The position numbers and the translations under genes were made by a program. A model generated the notes under the pieces. That model did not search any database. It was not told the origin of the DNA and saw only the letters and a program-made list of their open reading frames with translations. A stretch of 64,000 bases of DNA from a virus: the IMG/VR virus record IMGVR_UViG_3300010400_000001, positions 72,227 to 136,226 of that record; one strand, written 5' to 3'. This document shows positions 10,285 to 20,131 of the stretch, one piece after another. How positions within the stretch are numbered: position 1 is the stretch's first letter; each line of letters begins with the position of its first letter.

Positions 10285-10716
10285 ATGGCCGATAACGTGA
10301 ACCACCCTCCGCACTACACGGCGCACGCCTCCGGCCACGAGGCCGTCGACATCTGCGAGCACATGAACTTCAACCTCGGAAACGCCGTGAAGTATCTCTG
10401 GCGTCACTCCCACAAGGGAGCGCCGAAGGAAGATCTCAAAAAGTGCGCGTGGTATCTCCGCCGAGAGCGGGAGCGACTCATGAAGCGCGGGCTCCTCCGG
10501 ACGCTTGTCGACTGGATCCGCCAGCGACACTTGGACCCAGTCGTGCTCTCGGCGATCGAAGACGTCTACCGAGTCGACCCGGGGATCCTCGGACAGGTGC
10601 TCATGCATCTCGCCGAGATGCCGCCAGCGATCGAAGGCGCACTCGAGCTCGTCGAAGAATTCATTCGCATGCGCGAGCAGTCGGAGAAAACAGCGACAGA
10701 GGAAACGGTGAACTAA
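10285..10716 (+). CDS. DUF3310-family phage protein
   Basis: DNVNHPPHY...EAVDICEHMNFNLGNAVKYLWR..KG..EDLKKCAWYL. Confidence 0.85.
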   Translation: MADNVNHPPHYTAHASGHEAVDICEHMNFNLGNAVKYLWRHSHKGAPKEDLKKCAWYLRRERERLMKRGLLRTLVDWIRQRHLDPVVLSAIEDVYRVDPGILGQVLMHLAEMPPAIEGALELVEEFIRMREQSEKTATEETVN

Positions 10717-11550
10717 ATGGTCAGAATTCTTACAGAGGAACCAGTCGTCGCGCTCATCGGTCAGATGGCGCTCTGCCCCGAGGGCGTGAACGAGATGGCG
10801 GAGTGGGTTCGTTCACGAAGACCTGAATGCATGCCTGATGATTACGATCCGGCGGACGACGGGCGCTGGCGCACGCTTTTCCCTCACAATCACACCGCCT
10901 CGCTCAGTGGCAACGAGCTCCTAGTCGAGCTCTCCGGGAGAAAGTGTTACGACTCGTTTGGGCTCAAAGCTGGCAAGAAGACGAACGCCGAGTACATCGC
11001 GAACACGCAAGCAGGCGACGTGCCGCACGCGAGCATCATGTATCATGCGAAGATGAGCTTCTTCATCGCCGGCGTCTCGCGCCGCGTATCGCACGAGCTC
11101 ATTCGGCACTACGTCGGCGCCGATCGAACCGAGGAGGGCTCGCCCTCGCAGGAGTCAACACGCTACGTCGAGCACTCCGGGTGCTACGTCGCTCACCCGG
11201 CGATCTTGGATAACGCGGACGAGCTCGGCGAATTCCACGAATCGATGGCCGATAACTACAGGGACTATCGCCGCTACATCAACCGACGTAGCGACCATTT
11301 CGAAGCGGCGCACGGCAAGCGACCGACCGGCATGGATCGGAAACGCATCTTCGAGAGCGCGAGTCCGTACCTGTCGCATGCGTGCGAAACCTCGTTCGTG
11401 TGGACGACGAACCCGATTGCGCTCGCCAAGATGTTTCGCGAGCGCGACCACGAGGCGGCAGATCTCGAATACCTCCGTCTCGCGCGGAAGTGGAAGCGGT
11501 TCTGCAAGGCGACGTGGCCGGGACTCTTTCCGCAGCCTTGGATGGCGTAG
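10717..11550 (+). CDS. thyX: FAD-dependent thymidylate synthase ThyX (divergent)
   Basis: Motifs ELSGRKCYDS, HASIMYH and GVSRRVSHELIRH...SQESTRY; there is an insertion within the RH...S motif. Confidence 0.8.
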   Translation: MVRILTEEPVVALIGQMALCPEGVNEMAEWVRSRRPECMPDDYDPADDGRWRTLFPHNHTASLSGNELLVELSGRKCYDSFGLKAGKKTNAEYIANTQAGDVPHASIMYHAKMSFFIAGVSRRVSHELIRHYVGADRTEEGSPSQESTRYVEHSGCYVAHPAILDNADELGEFHESMADNYRDYRRYINRRSDHFEAAHGKRPTGMDRKRIFESASPYLSHACETSFVWTTNPIALAKMFRERDHEAADLEYLRLARKWKRFCKATWPGLFPQPWMA

Positions 11551-12044
11551 CCAAGGTGACCATGAGCGCAGAAGACGCCGCCGGCATGTACGCGGGTCGT
11601 CCGGTGACGATCCAGCGCTGGCCCGTTCTCGAGCGGAAGGTCGACGACGACGGGAAGGTCGTGAGATCGCCCGACGGATACATTCGCACCAAAAATCCAC
11701 TCGAGGAGCGGCAGGTCCGTCTCGTCGAGTTTCCGGGCCCCTCGCGAGTCACCGTGCACTTCATTCTCGGCGACTTCCGGAACTTCAGTCTCCGGAGCGG
11801 CCGTGGCGTTCGAATGCCCGACTGGGTGCTCTCGAAAGAGTCCCTGAAGGAGCTCCGGAAGCTCGCAAAGGAGATCTTCCCGAAGATGCACCAGGCCGGC
11901 TATTGCGCCGCCTGCGAGCATCATCATTCGGGACCGGAGCTCGCCAACATCTGCGTCGGCTGTCCGTGTCCGAGGCGCGGGCCGTTCAAGCGCGAAGTCG
12001 ACGACGCCGTGGTGCGAGCGATCGACGGAAAGCCCGCGAACGAC

Positions 12045-12236
12045 CTAGCGGCGATGCCCGATGGTGATGCTCCCGAGTCCGAGGCCGAACACGAGATCGA
12101 GGAGCCATAGGCACACCGCGACGATGACGACGACGCGGATGATCTTTGCAATCGTCGCGTCGATCGGAAATTGGCCAAGTCCCCAGAGCAAGAGCCCGAC
12201 GATGGCCAGGATGACCACTACATGAATTAATGGCAT
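12045..12236 (-). CDS. Small two-TM membrane protein (Thivi_2564-like)
   Basis: VVILAIVGLLLWGL..FPID..IAKIIRVVVIVAVCLWLL; the only clear minus-strand gene in this block. Confidence 0.65.
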   Translation of the reverse strand: MPLIHVVVILAIVGLLLWGLGQFPIDATIAKIIRVVVIVAVCLWLLDLVFGLGLGSITIGHRR

Positions 12237-12847
12237 GTTCTCTCCTGAGTCGTCAGTGTATCATGTGAGCGAAAGGGCAGAACGCGATGGCTCAGGATGA
12301 CGACTTCGAGCAGGCCCTCGAAGCTCTTGCGCGAGTCGAGGGGAAAACCGTTGCCGAGCTGAAGCACGAGATGCTTCGCGAACGCGTCATGGGAGCGAGA
12401 CAAAAAGACCCAGCGCCGGCCGCGATCGTTCCAAGCACCGGCGACGCAAGTGCGCCGCTCGCGCGCGTACGGCGAGACGCGATCGACCGACATCAGCGCC
12501 AGGAGTATCCCGGAAGCCCCGTCGTGCGTTACGGGCGCGACCCCTACGGCGAGACGGCCGAAGAGGCCCAAGAGCGCTGGCTCGAGGAGGAGGCCATGCT
12601 CCCGGACGGGGTACACGGGCTCGGTGGCCAGTCTGCCGGCGGCATTTTCGGAGGCGGGGCCATCGCGACGAGCATTTACGATCCGGAAGCCATGGGCCGT
12701 GCAGACAGCCGCGCCGGCCAACTGGTCAACGCCAAGCTCCTCCAAGTCATCGAACGCCTTGAGCGCCGCCTGCCCCCCGCTGAGGACGAGCGACCGAGCC
12801 TGCCGCGCGGCAGCGACCGCCGGCGCCTCGGGCGCTAAGCAAGCGCC

Positions 12848-13318
12848 GTGCCAGAACACGTTTCACGTGAAACGTTCCACGCGGCGGGAACGCTGATTCT
12901 CGCGGAAACTAGCGGCCGCGTTCTGCTCCTAGACCGGTCCGACGGGGGCGGCTGGAGTCATCCCGGTGGATGGGCGGAAGAGGGCGAAACACCAGAGGAA
13001 ACGGCGATTCGGGAGCTCTACGAGGAGACGGGGCTGCCGGCGATTCTGACGGAGCCCGTCCTGTCATTCTCGCTCGCCGTAAATGCGGACGGGGTAGTTT
13101 TTGTGCCGCCAGCCGACATGTCGCTTCGTGCCGTGTCACTGGTTTACGACCTCTTCGTGGTTACCGTGCGGGAGGAGTTCGTGCCAGACTTGAACGACGA
13201 GCATCGCGACTGGGCATGGGCGGACGCTGCGGCTCCCGGAAAACGGCTGCACCCCGGATGCGCCGTGGCGCTAGAGTGGATTCAGATGCTCGCAAAAGAG
13301 AGAGCCAAATGTCCGTAA
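12848..13318 (+). CDS. Nudix hydrolase
   Basis: Nudix box GGWAEEGETPEETAIRELYEETGL and C-terminal LNDEHRDWAW. Confidence 0.92.
   Translation: MPEHVSRETFHAAGTLILAETSGRVLLLDRSDGGGWSHPGGWAEEGETPEETAIRELYEETGLPAILTEPVLSFSLAVNADGVVFVPPADMSLRAVSLVYDLFVVTVREEFVPDLNDEHRDWAWADAAAPGKRLHPGCAVALEWIQMLAKERAKCP
12858..12875. promoter_or_regulatory. parS-like palindrome
   Basis: ACGTTTCACGTGAAACGT is a perfect palindrome whose core GTTTCACGTGAAAC matches the bacterial parS consensus. Confidence 0.65.
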
Positions 13319-13848
13319 TCCCCTGGGTAATTACCGGTTGGGTCGCCGTTTTTGCCCTCGTGCGGGAGCTTCGCGTGAGAAAACGTGAGGCCCTGACCAG
13401 TGCCGCAACTCTCGCCGCGGCGTCGATAGTCCGGCGAACCGACGAGCAGGCCGACTTTCAAAAGCGCCGCGCCGACGAGTTTTTCGGAATCATCGAGGGC
13501 ATCCTCGGCGAGCGCGACCAGTGGAAGACAATGTATTACAAAATGTCGCAACAGGCCGGTGTCGCCCAGGCTTGGTTACTACGTGAGCTCTCGACTTCGG
13601 TCCTCCGGTCGAACCGGTATGCCGAGGTGCTCCGCGAAAAAGGGGTGAACGTCCAGAAAGTGGCCATCGATCCGGCGCTGAAGACGATCGTCGAAGAGTT
13701 TGGCGGACGGCATCCGAGCGCTGGCGATAGTGTTATTGCCTCACCGACGCTCGATGATGCGAACCGGGCCAGGGATAGATTCGCGCTCGAAGAGAAACAG
13801 ATGGCAGAGGCGTCAAAAGGCACCGCAGAGCCTATTTTGCCTGGTTAG
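13309..13848 (+). CDS. Membrane-anchored helical protein
   Basis: N-terminal hydrophobic helix MSVIPWVITGWVAVFALV. Confidence 0.55.
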   Translation: MSVIPWVITGWVAVFALVRELRVRKREALTSAATLAAASIVRRTDEQADFQKRRADEFFGIIEGILGERDQWKTMYYKMSQQAGVAQAWLLRELSTSVLRSNRYAEVLREKGVNVQKVAIDPALKTIVEEFGGRHPSAGDSVIASPTLDDANRARDRFALEEKQMAEASKGTAEPILPG

Positions 13849-13907
13849 CCGGAGGGGTAGCTACGAGACTTGCTCGAAGATGTGCTCGTGCTTAGTCTGA
13901 AAAGCAC

Positions 13908-14705
13908 ATGTCCGACGAAACAGAGGGCCCTGCGGGCGAGCCCCGCGATGAGGCTTCGCCTGGCGATTGCGTGATCGAGGAGGAATCGGAGGAGAGCGAG
14001 ACGGAGTTTCATCCGTTCTCGGAGCTCGACGAAGATTTCAAACCGGGGCCAGCTGTCCGGATCATGGGAGAGGACGGGCTCCCCGTCACAGTCGATCAAA
14101 CAGCGACGAGCGACATCCCAGCTCTCTCGACTGAGTCGCTGATCTGCATGGGGGACTTTTCGAAGTTCGTGCTCCGTGACGAGTGGGGCGATGTCGTTGC
14201 CGAATTTCCGCCGTCGTTCGTTAGTCGAGCGCCGAACGGCCAATGGCGTATTCCGACTGACGTGGCGATTTCCGAGCCCACGCTTGTCGCGTGGCGGGAA
14301 CGCATCCGAAGTGAGGAAACGTCGGTGCCGTGGACGGACCTCATGCTCTTGCAGCATCTGCTTGGCGTACGAGGTTTGATGGTGAACAGCACCTGGACCG
14401 AAGTCGAGCCGCTCCGTCCGCCGTGCCGCAACTACGTGCAGCAGAAGACGGTGTTTCATCTGAACGCGGAGAACCGTCTTTTTCCTCGCCTCTGCTCTGC
14501 GCGCCGAACGACGGAGGGCACGTTCATGACGGTGCGTGACTCCGGCATGTGGGCCTGCACGATGCGCGAGCCGCGTGACATCGAAAGCGAGAAAGCGCTC
14601 GAGGCGTTCGATCGTTTGAAGATCGAGCAGGGGAAAAACAGACAGCACCTTCCGATGTTCGGCGGAGGCGCCGGCATCTTCGACTCCAATGCTGAAAGGA
14701 AATAG
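13908..14705 (+). CDS. Hypothetical protein
   Basis: 265-aa ORF with an acidic N-terminus, in operon arrangement. Confidence 0.55.
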   Translation: MSDETEGPAGEPRDEASPGDCVIEEESEESETEFHPFSELDEDFKPGPAVRIMGEDGLPVTVDQTATSDIPALSTESLICMGDFSKFVLRDEWGDVVAEFPPSFVSRAPNGQWRIPTDVAISEPTLVAWRERIRSEETSVPWTDLMLLQHLLGVRGLMVNSTWTEVEPLRPPCRNYVQQKTVFHLNAENRLFPRLCSARRTTEGTFMTVRDSGMWACTMREPRDIESEKALEAFDRLKIEQGKNRQHLPMFGGGAGIFDSNAERK

Positions 14706-14711
14706 AGATCA

Positions 14712-15263
14712 ATGACGGACATGGCGGCTCAGGTTTTGGAAGAGGATCCGGACACCGAGGAAGAATTTCGCGCGCTCTTCATGGAAGCGGAGGAAGCGCA
14801 GGCTCGCCTAAAGGCCTTAGGGCTCGCCGAGCAGCAAGCGGGCAGGCCTGAACTTGGGAAGATCTACCAGGAGCTCGCTGGTACGGTGGTTTCCCTCCTC
14901 GGCGACTTTGCCGCGACGAGCGGCGGCGCGTTCCGTGCGCTCGAGGAGACGGTGGATGGGCTTGCCGATCAGGTCGAGACCGACGCTCCGACCGAGTCGG
15001 TGCTCCTCCCCGAAGATGCGGAGGACTACCAGAAGTACTTCGCCCAGATGTCGGAGCTTTTGACCGGCCTCTCGAAGTCTCTCTCGGATGGCGACGCGGA
15101 GCAGCGCACGGTGATCGAGGCTCTGCAGCGCCTGACGCAGGACCGAATCGAGTTCACGAAAGAGATCACGTTCGAAGAAGAAGACGTGGACGAGCCGCCG
15201 GCGCCGAATGGCAAACCGAAGGAAGAGACTGAAGAAGAGGACGAGGACGACGACGAGGAATGA
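14712..15263 (+). CDS. Acidic helical hypothetical protein
   Basis: 183 aa with a D/E-rich tail; RBS-like AAGGA upstream. Confidence 0.6.
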   Translation: MTDMAAQVLEEDPDTEEEFRALFMEAEEAQARLKALGLAEQQAGRPELGKIYQELAGTVVSLLGDFAATSGGAFRALEETVDGLADQVETDAPTESVLLPEDAEDYQKYFAQMSELLTGLSKSLSDGDAEQRTVIEALQRLTQDRIEFTKEITFEEEDVDEPPAPNGKPKEETEEEDEDDDEE

Positions 15264-17794
15264 CAGAAGCCGCCCCTCAGGAAAGTCCGGAGCCGCCGCG
15301 AGAGCTAGATCGCAAGCTTCTCGCGGAGGCGAATCTCTATGGCGTCGCCTATAAGCCCTATGCGGCGATGACGTCGCGTGAGCGCGGCGCCGTCAAGGGT
15401 CGCTGGGCGCACAAGATCCGATCGGAGGCGAAGCGCCGGGGCATCGACCCTGACGAGTTTCTTGCGATGTCGGAGGACGCCCGCGAGGAAGTCAGAAAAG
15501 AGTATCCCGAGCGTCCGCCCGCGCCGAAGCCGCCGCAAAAGAAACGGTCGATCGAAGACGTCGCCGCAAAGCGAGTCGCCGCTGAGTACGTGGACGAAGG
15601 GCTCACGCGAGGTGACGAGACGTACTCACCGGAGTCGCTCGTGCCCCCTACTGAGTCCGATCCTCGGCTTCGAGACAAGCCGACGCTCGGCGAGGTGACG
15701 CCGGCGGACAATGAGGATCTGGTCGGTTGGACGCCGCCCTCGAACCTACTCGACATCTACGCTCGCTTCACGATCGGCGACGGCCAGCACTTCATTCGTG
15801 TCGAACGGCTCGAGCCGAAGATCTGGCAGTCCGTTCCGTGCGCCGGCTACCTCGGAGAGATTCGAGAGCCGATTTCAGAAGAGCAGTTTCGCGCCTTCTA
15901 CGGCGGCAGGGTCTACAGCCTGACCGTCTATGGGCCAGATCCGCACGGGCGAAGAGATCCAACGAACGACACGCCGATCATCAAGGCGAAGACGCAACCC
16001 TTCCGGTACACGGTTGCGAACATGCCTTATCCCAATTTCAAGGCGCTTCCGGGAGTCAGCCCGTCGGCGCATGGAGTAAATCCAATGCAACCGTTTCCAG
16101 TAGGCATGTTCCCGAGTGGCGAGATGCCGACGACCCCGGCAGCTGCGCAGCAGTTCAAGTCCACGCTCGACTTCGTGAGCGACATGGTGGAGCGCGGCGA
16201 CAAGAAGGCTGAGGAGGCTCGCCGAAACAACGGTCAGACGAGCGACGTCCTGAAAGTCGTGAGCGATGCGGGCAGGGAGGCGATCGAGCAGGCAAACAAG
16301 GCTGCCGCCACGAGGGAAAAGGCTCTGCTCGATCAGCTGGCGAGCGAGCGAGAGGATCGAAAGAAGCTCGAAGACAAGATCGACAAGCTTGCCGCTGCGC
16401 CGAAGACGAGCTCGGTGCAAGAGGCGACGGAGCTCCTCAAGACTTTGAACCCGGCGGAAAACGCTCAGCAGCAAGTGGTGCGTCTCGAGCAGCAGCACAA
16501 GGACGAGATTTCGCGGATCCGAGAGCAGCACAAGGAGACCCTCGACGCGCTCCGGATCCGTCACGACGACGAGGTGAAGCGACTTCGCGATCGCATCGAC
16601 GATATCGAGCGCATGTACAAGAGCAAGCTCGAGGACGCAGAGAAGCGCCTGCTCGAACGAGACCGCGAGCTCCGGCTCGACATCGACAGAGAGCGCAAGG
16701 ATGGGCAGGACCGAGTGAGGGAGACCGAGGCGCGAGAGCGGAGCGTCGCTGCCGAACGGATCAAGGAAACCGAAAAGCTCTTCGAGGGGCGCCTTGCCGA
16801 TCTCAGGAGTCAGAACGAACGGGAGCTCCGCGACGCAAAAAGCCAGAACGAGCGTGAGCTTCGAATGCAAAAGGAGCAGTTCGATACCCGCGTCGAGACA
16901 TCGAAGAGCACGATGGACATGCAGCTCGCCGCGGCCAAGGAGCGAGTGAAGCGGCTCGAAGAAGAGATCGAGGAAGCCAAGGAGGAACTCGCAGCGGCCA
17001 AGGATCCAATCGCGATCATGGAACGAGCGAAGAAGGAAGCAGAAGCGCTCGGGTTCGAGAAGAAGGAGGACGCCGGTCCGCAGACGACTGGCGAGCGCTT
17101 CGCAGCCACGGTCGGCATGGGGCTCTCGAAGGCTCTGGAGACCTTGCCCGAGTGGGGACCGAAGATGATGTCGTCCTTTGGTCAGCGCTCGCAGCCGGCG
17201 CTCGGCTCCGTTCCGGTGCAGCGCCTCCCGCAGGGTCAGCAGGCTCCCGGGCAGAGACCGCCGCAGCAGCGAGTCGCGAGTCGGCGCACGGTCGCGTGGG
17301 CGACGCAGGGCTCTGTGCCGATTGCCGGCCAGGAACCGGTCATCCCGCCCGAAAGACCGAGCGCGCCGCAGGCGGCCCCGCCCGTAACGGCGCCTCAGGC
17401 TGCGCCGCAGGCGGCCGCGCCTCCGCCGCCCGCGACGTCGATTCCTGAATCAGCGGCGGCGCCCGCGCAGGCGCCTGCCGCTCCGCCCGGACCCGCAACG
17501 AATCCGATGGGTCTCATTTTCCCGGACGACGTCGTCGTCGAATTCAGGATGCGAGTCGAGCAAGCGATCAACGCGAACTATTCGGCGGAGACATTCGCGG
17601 ATCAATTCCGTGGGCAGTTCCCTGACGCTGCGGTCGCGCTCGCGAGTACCTACAAGCCCGAGCATCTCGCCGAGGTCGTGAAGGGCATGCCGAATTCCGG
17701 CGACTCTCCGATCTTGCGCCGTGACGGCAAGCGGTGGGTCGAAAAGTTCTGGGCGCGCCTCTCGGCGCCGGCCGGCGCGCCCGCGCCATCGTGA
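15260..17794 (+). CDS. Large coiled-coil protein with Pro/Ala-rich linker
   Basis: 844 aa with a long E/R/K heptad-rich region and APQAAP repeats; ATGA overlap with the previous gene. Confidence 0.7.
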   Translation: MTEAAPQESPEPPRELDRKLLAEANLYGVAYKPYAAMTSRERGAVKGRWAHKIRSEAKRRGIDPDEFLAMSEDAREEVRKEYPERPPAPKPPQKKRSIEDVAAKRVAAEYVDEGLTRGDETYSPESLVPPTESDPRLRDKPTLGEVTPADNEDLVGWTPPSNLLDIYARFTIGDGQHFIRVERLEPKIWQSVPCAGYLGEIREPISEEQFRAFYGGRVYSLTVYGPDPHGRRDPTNDTPIIKAKTQPFRYTVANMPYPNFKALPGVSPSAHGVNPMQPFPVGMFPSGEMPTTPAAAQQFKSTLDFVSDMVERGDKKAEEARRNNGQTSDVLKVVSDAGREAIEQANKAAATREKALLDQLASEREDRKKLEDKIDKLAAAPKTSSVQEATELLKTLNPAENAQQQVVRLEQQHKDEISRIREQHKETLDALRIRHDDEVKRLRDRIDDIERMYKSKLEDAEKRLLERDRELRLDIDRERKDGQDRVRETEARERSVAAERIKETEKLFEGRLADLRSQNERELRDAKSQNERELRMQKEQFDTRVETSKSTMDMQLAAAKERVKRLEEEIEEAKEELAAAKDPIAIMERAKKEAEALGFEKKEDAGPQTTGERFAATVGMGLSKALETLPEWGPKMMSSFGQRSQPALGSVPVQRLPQGQQAPGQRPPQQRVASRRTVAWATQGSVPIAGQEPVIPPERPSAPQAAPPVTAPQAAPQAAAPPPPATSIPESAAAPAQAPAAPPGPATNPMGLIFPDDVVVEFRMRVEQAINANYSAETFADQFRGQFPDAAVALASTYKPEHLAEVVKGMPNSGDSPILRRDGKRWVEKFWARLSAPAGAPAPS

Positions 17795-17835
17795 AAGCTC
17801 GGACGAGCTCGGGGAGCCTGAGCTATCATCAGAAG

Positions 17836-18657
17836 ATGAAGCCCACGCTCGCGATCATGAATCGCTCGACTGTAGTCCCGGACGCCGCCTTCCCACCTGT
17901 CGTTGCCGCCAACCAGAAGCAGGTCTCGGGAGACTTCGCCGAGTACTACGGCAAGGACGCCTCACTCGTATTCGTAGCGAAGTCAGAGCAGCCGCCCGTA
18001 GGAAGCTGGCAGATCGTCGTCAGCGACACGGTGCCGATGGCGGGAGCGCTCGGCTATCACGATTTCACGAAAGAGGGCAATCCCATCGGCAAAGTCGGCG
18101 CGATGACGAGCATGAAGGCGAACGCGCTCTGGGCCGTGACGTTGTCGCACGAGATCTTGGAGATGCTCGCCGACCCCGACATCATCCGCGCGGCGTTCGT
18201 GCAGCAGACGGCGGTCCGAGCGATGATCTTCGCGTACGAGATTTGCGATCCCGTAGAGGCGGACGAGCTCGCGTACGAAATCGACGGCGTGAAAGTGAGC
18301 GACTTCGTGACGGAGCAGTGGTTCGAACCGCATCGCGTCGGCGTTCCGTTTTCATTCCGGAAGACTGTGCAGCGTCCGATGACGCTTGCGCCGGGCGGCT
18401 ACATCAGCGTGTACCGACCCGGCGGCGGCCGCTGGCAGCAGATTAACGCGCGCGCAGATCTGCATCCTCCCGGCGCCGCGACAGAAGAACTGCGAAACAT
18501 CGTTTACCTGGCGCACCGCGCCGAGGTCGATGACGAGCGAGCGATCCGGGGTCGCGCCTTGCCGTACTCGAAGATCCCGAACGTCGGGAGCCGGCGCGAG
18601 CGGAGAAACCGTGCGCGTGCCGAGTGGTGCGTGAGCACGGAGGACAGCGGTTCATGA
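17836..18657 (+). CDS. Putative zinc-metallopeptidase-like protein
   Basis: ALGYHD, SHEILEMLADP (HExxE), EICDPV and VSDFV...WF motifs. Confidence 0.55.
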   Translation: MKPTLAIMNRSTVVPDAAFPPVVAANQKQVSGDFAEYYGKDASLVFVAKSEQPPVGSWQIVVSDTVPMAGALGYHDFTKEGNPIGKVGAMTSMKANALWAVTLSHEILEMLADPDIIRAAFVQQTAVRAMIFAYEICDPVEADELAYEIDGVKVSDFVTEQWFEPHRVGVPFSFRKTVQRPMTLAPGGYISVYRPGGGRWQQINARADLHPPGAATEELRNIVYLAHRAEVDDERAIRGRALPYSKIPNVGSRRERRNRARAEWCVSTEDSGS

Positions 18658-19040
18658 GCAAGGATCCGAAGGACAGTCCGTTCGTGCGGCATGTTCTCTA
18701 CACGAACGACGTCACTCGCCTGGTCGCAAGCTTCGTGCAGTCGCTGATGACCGTGGCGCCGCCCGAGAACGTGCGCCAAGCGCTCGAGTCGATGCTCGTA
18801 AATTGGCCAGACCGAGTGCGACACACGAAGGAGATGCATGAGGCCCTTGCGGCCCAGCTCGGCGAGCCGTCGGGGTGGCCTGACGAATCGAAGAACTAGC
18901 CTTCGGGGCGGACGGAGCATGATGCGCGGGGAGATCCCGCGATGTGAAAACGGTGAGTCGTTCATGATGAAACACTCCGTCCGGCCCGAGTTTTCGGTAA
19001 GCGCTTGTCCCCGGGGGCCTTCGTAGATAAAGTTCTCTCC

Positions 19041-19523
19041 ATGCTCCACGGTAACGGGCTTGGTCGAGGCGGCGGCGGAGGCGGTCACGGTGGCGGTGGT
19101 CACGGTGGAGGCGGCGGTCACCACGGCGGTGGCGGAGGCGGGCATCATGGCGGTGGCGGTCACCACGGCGGCCATCGCGGTGGACGCGGGCGCGGCTTCG
19201 GTCCGACTGTGGTCGTTCAAGATGGCGGCGGATGGTGGGGTCCGGGCTGGTACGCCGATCCGCTCGTCGTCGAGCGGACGTGCGCGGTCGTCGACACGGA
19301 GGGTGTGTGCATCTGTCAGACGCTCAATCCGGACGGCACGTGCGCTCGGCCGCTCGTCGGCTGGGTTGGCGGTCGTCCCATCTACGGCATTGGAGAGGAA
19401 ACGCTCTCGGCATCGAGCGGAGCGACGAGCTGGATCGCGGGAGGCCTGCTCGTTGGCCTCGCGATTGGCGTCTATGCCCTGGATAAAAAGGGCCCTGGCG
19501 GCTCCAGGCGCGCCTCAGCTTGA
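19041..19523 (+). CDS. Gly/His-rich protein with Cys cluster and C-terminal TM
   Basis: GGGGHGGGGHH tract, CAVVD..CICQ..C and the WIAGGLLVGLAIGVYALDKK tail. Confidence 0.6.
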   Translation: MLHGNGLGRGGGGGGHGGGGHGGGGGHHGGGGGGHHGGGGHHGGHRGGRGRGFGPTVVVQDGGGWWGPGWYADPLVVERTCAVVDTEGVCICQTLNPDGTCARPLVGWVGGRPIYGIGEETLSASSGATSWIAGGLLVGLAIGVYALDKKGPGGSRRASA

Positions 19524-19546
19524 GTTAGACCGGATCCCCTTGTAGA

Positions 19547-20131
19547 GTGAGGGCTGCTGGGCGCTTCCCGACGCCAGGCATCGGGAAAGTTGTGCGCCAG
19601 CTGTCGAACCAGCCCCCATCGACCCTGTCGGGTTTCCGCGGACACCCGGACACGCTCCGGGCCATGGTTCGGGCCGTTCACGGTCAGCGAGGCGAGCAGA
19701 GCATGCTCGTGAAATCGGTGGCCGAGCACATTGTGCAGAAGGTGCAGCCGAAGGATTACCTCGGAGAGATCTTGGCGGTGAGGTACTGGGTGACCGAGCA
19801 CGTCAGGTACCTGAACGATCCGCTGCACGTCGAGGTCGTGAAGGATCCGCAACGCATCGTCGAAGAGATCGATGCACGCGGCCAAGCGGCGGAAGACTGC
19901 GACGGCATCGCGCTCCTCATCGGATGCCTCTGCCTTCTCATTGGCCGCGTGTGCGAGTTCGTCGTCGTCGGTTTCGGCGAGCCCGGGAGCTACAGCCACG
20001 TCTTCGTACGCGTAAAGGAACCCCGGAGCGGGAAATGGATCGTGTGCGATCCGGTTGCGGGCTCTGACGAGCGCGGCATGCTCGATCGCGTGACGACTTT
20101 TTACACGAAGAGTCTCGACGAGGCGGCGTAA
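19547..20131 (+). CDS. Transglutaminase-like cysteine protease
   Basis: EDCDGIALL (Cys), SHVFVRV (His) and WIVCDP (Asp) form the triad; the start may be downstream (19592 or 19664). Confidence 0.8.
   Translation: MRAAGRFPTPGIGKVVRQLSNQPPSTLSGFRGHPDTLRAMVRAVHGQRGEQSMLVKSVAEHIVQKVQPKDYLGEILAVRYWVTEHVRYLNDPLHVEVVKDPQRIVEEIDARGQAAEDCDGIALLIGCLCLLIGRVCEFVVVGFGEPGSYSHVFVRVKEPRSGKWIVCDPVAGSDERGMLDRVTTFYTKSLDEAA

Noticed and set aside
15260-17794. Tape-measure protein or SMC ATPase
   Set aside because: No Walker motifs and no tail-gene context; only a generic coiled coil can be supported.
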